Origin: Candidatus Levyibacteriota bacterium
Lineage (GTDB): Bacteria > Patescibacteriota > Microgenomatia > Levybacterales > UBA12049
NCBI GenBank assembly: GCA_043823085.1
Contig: JBDRBE010000001.1
Location: forward strand, 47,267 to 111,266
Length of the DNA stretch: 64,000 nt
Direction of reading: 5' to 3'
This document shows, piece after piece, positions 62,966 to 64,000 of this stretch. Each line of letters opens with the position of its first letter. Position 1 is the stretch's first letter. A program made the position numbers and the translations under genes. The notes below the pieces were generated by a model. The model was not told the origin of the DNA and made no database searches. It worked only from the letters and a program-made list of their open reading frames with translations.

Positions 62966-63274
62966 TCACATTCTTATTTCAACATCAACACCTGCGGGGA
63001 GTTCGAGATGGGTGAGGCTGTCGATAGTTTTATCGGTTGGGGAAATAATATCAATTAGCCTTTTGTGGACTCGCATTTCAAAATGATCGCGGGCATCTTT
63101 ATCAATATATGGAGATTTGTTAATTGCGTAAATGCTTCTTTGGGTTGGAAGAGGTATTGGACCTATAACCTTGGCGCCGGTTCTTATCGCCGTATCTAGA
63201 ATTTGTTGACAGCAAGCGTCAATGACTCTTGCGTCATAACTTTTTAAACGTACTCTAATTCTTCCTTTTGGCAT
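62966..63274 (-). CDS. rpsJ: 30S ribosomal protein S10
   Basis: RIRVRLKSYDARVIDACCQQILDTAIRTGAKVIGPIPLPT. Confidence 0.9.
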   Translation of the reverse strand: MPKGRIRVRLKSYDARVIDACCQQILDTAIRTGAKVIGPIPLPTQRSIYAINKSPYIDKDARDHFEMRVHKRLIDIISPTDKTIDSLTHLELPAGVDVEIRM

Positions 63275-63305
63275 TTTTTTAAAGTTCTTAAGCTATTAAA
63301 AATAC

Positions 63306-64000
63306 TTAAGCAATTATCTTGGAGATAACTCCTGCTCCGACTGTTTTTCCGCCTTCGCGGATAGCAAATCTTAGACCTTCCTCGAGGGCCACGGGGACGA
63401 TAAGTTTAACTGACATTTTGGTGTTATCGCCGGGCATGACCATTTCGACGCCTTTTGGAAGATTAACTTCTGCTGTAACATCGGTTGTTCTAATATAAAA
63501 TTGCGGTCGGTAGCCTGTAAAGAAAGGTGTATGGCGTCCGCCCTCTTCTTTGGTAAGAATATACGCTTCTGCTTCAAACTCTTTGTGAGGAGTAATACTT
63601 CCCGGCTTTGCAATAACTTGTCCTCTTTCGACATCTGCTTTTTCTACTCCGCGGAGAAGTAATCCGACATTGTCTCCGGCTTGACCCTCGTCAAGCTGCT
63701 TTCTAAACATTTCAACTCCCGTAACAACTGTTGCTTTTGTGTCTTTGATTCCGACAATTTCGGCCGGTTCATTGATTTTTATCTTTCCTCTTTCAATTCT
63801 TCCGGTTACAACTGTTCCTCGGCCTTTAATTGAAAAAACGTCTTCAACCGGCATAAGGAATGGTTTTTCTGTGTCTCGAACCGGAGTTGGAATATAATTA
63901 TCAACCGCGTCCATTAAAGCCATAATTTGTTTTTCAGCCTCCGCATCGCCTTCCAAAGCTTTCAAGGCTGAACCTCTTATAATTGGCACATCATTACCGG
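63306..64000 (-). CDS. tuf: elongation factor Tu, C-terminal domains 2-3 only (the gene continues past the window end)
   Basis: ...[26 protein letters not shown] ... [17 protein letters not shown]. Confidence 0.9.
   Translation of the reverse strand, partial: GNDVPIIRGSALKALEGDAEAEKQIMALMDAVDNYIPTPVRDTEKPFLMPVEDVFSIKGRGTVVTGRIERGKIKINEPAEIVGIKDTKATVVTGVEMFRKQLDEGQAGDNVGLLLRGVEKADVERGQVIAKPGSITPHKEFEAEAYILTKEEGGRHTPFFTGYRPQFYIRTTDVTAEVNLPKGVEMVMPGDNTKMSVKLIVPVALEEGLRFAIREGGKTVGAGVISKIIA

Overview
This is a 64 kb low-GC window (roughly 35% GC by eye). It is densely coding, mostly on the minus strand, with many small proteins. 

**Layout**
- 0-7 kb: housekeeping genes. These include a partial Nramp-type transporter, transketolase, UppP and an MGMT-like protein.
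- 7.2-14.8 kb: a type IV pilus cluster with pilB, pilC, five pilin or pseudopilin genes and a 652-aa pilin-like protein carrying LVIVD repeats.
- 15-31 kb: a GNAT acetyltransferase, an aldehyde dehydrogenase, secA, serS, rdgB, a class I LysRS fused to a B3/4 domain, greA, a solute-binding protein, VanW and tsaD.
- 31-38 kb: an accessory island. It holds a type II R-M pair (a 532-aa methyltransferase with DPFxGSGTT and SPPY motifs, plus a 272-aa putative endonuclease), rmuC, a 1001-aa UvrD-like helicase fused to a RecB/Cas4-like nuclease, and a small C39-like peptidase domain.
- 38-44 kb: an RNase P RNA (rnpB) that I found unannotated in the intergenic sequence, an AI-2E transporter, HU, RNase Y, recX, a tRNA-Pro(GGG) and recA.
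- 45.5-64 kb: the ribosomal supercluster, running tuf(partial)-rpsJ ... rpoA-rplQ, rplM-rpsI, on the minus strand.

**Lineage inference**
L30 is absent between rpsE and rplO, and a 37-aa rpmJ is present but missing from the ORF track. Together with the class I LysRS, the extended T4P cluster and the small-protein style, this suggests a CPR/Patescibacteria-like lineage (inference).

**Main unusual observations**
1. A tiny Lys-rich uORF with a strong SD, three palindromes and a terminator sits immediately upstream of secA. This is a candidate leader-peptide attenuator.
2. A roughly 100-bp MITE-like element with perfect 10-bp terminal inverted repeats is inserted in-frame into the cleavable leader of a prepilin gene.
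3. GC-rich inserts lie inside the ribosomal operon, between rpsC and rplV and between rplC and rplD, and share a 20-mer. One of them carries a roughly 150-nt diverged copy of an internal transketolase segment. A third GC-rich palindromic in-frame insert sits in rplR.
4. rpsC is split by a frameshift at an A9 homopolymer.
5. 7-mer tandem repeats of four copies sit in-frame inside tsaD, recX and the helicase-nuclease gene. A fourth repeat, a 7-mer in three copies, also lies in the helicase-nuclease gene. The tsaD repeat and one helicase repeat insert the same KFQISN peptide.
6. A 19-nt motif is conserved upstream of three consecutive genes (pilB, the GNAT gene and the aldehyde dehydrogenase).
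7. A cytidine/adenosine-deaminase gene is embedded between rpsJ and rplC, followed by a terminator hairpin 25 nt before rplC. An extra P-loop kinase gene lies between adk and map.
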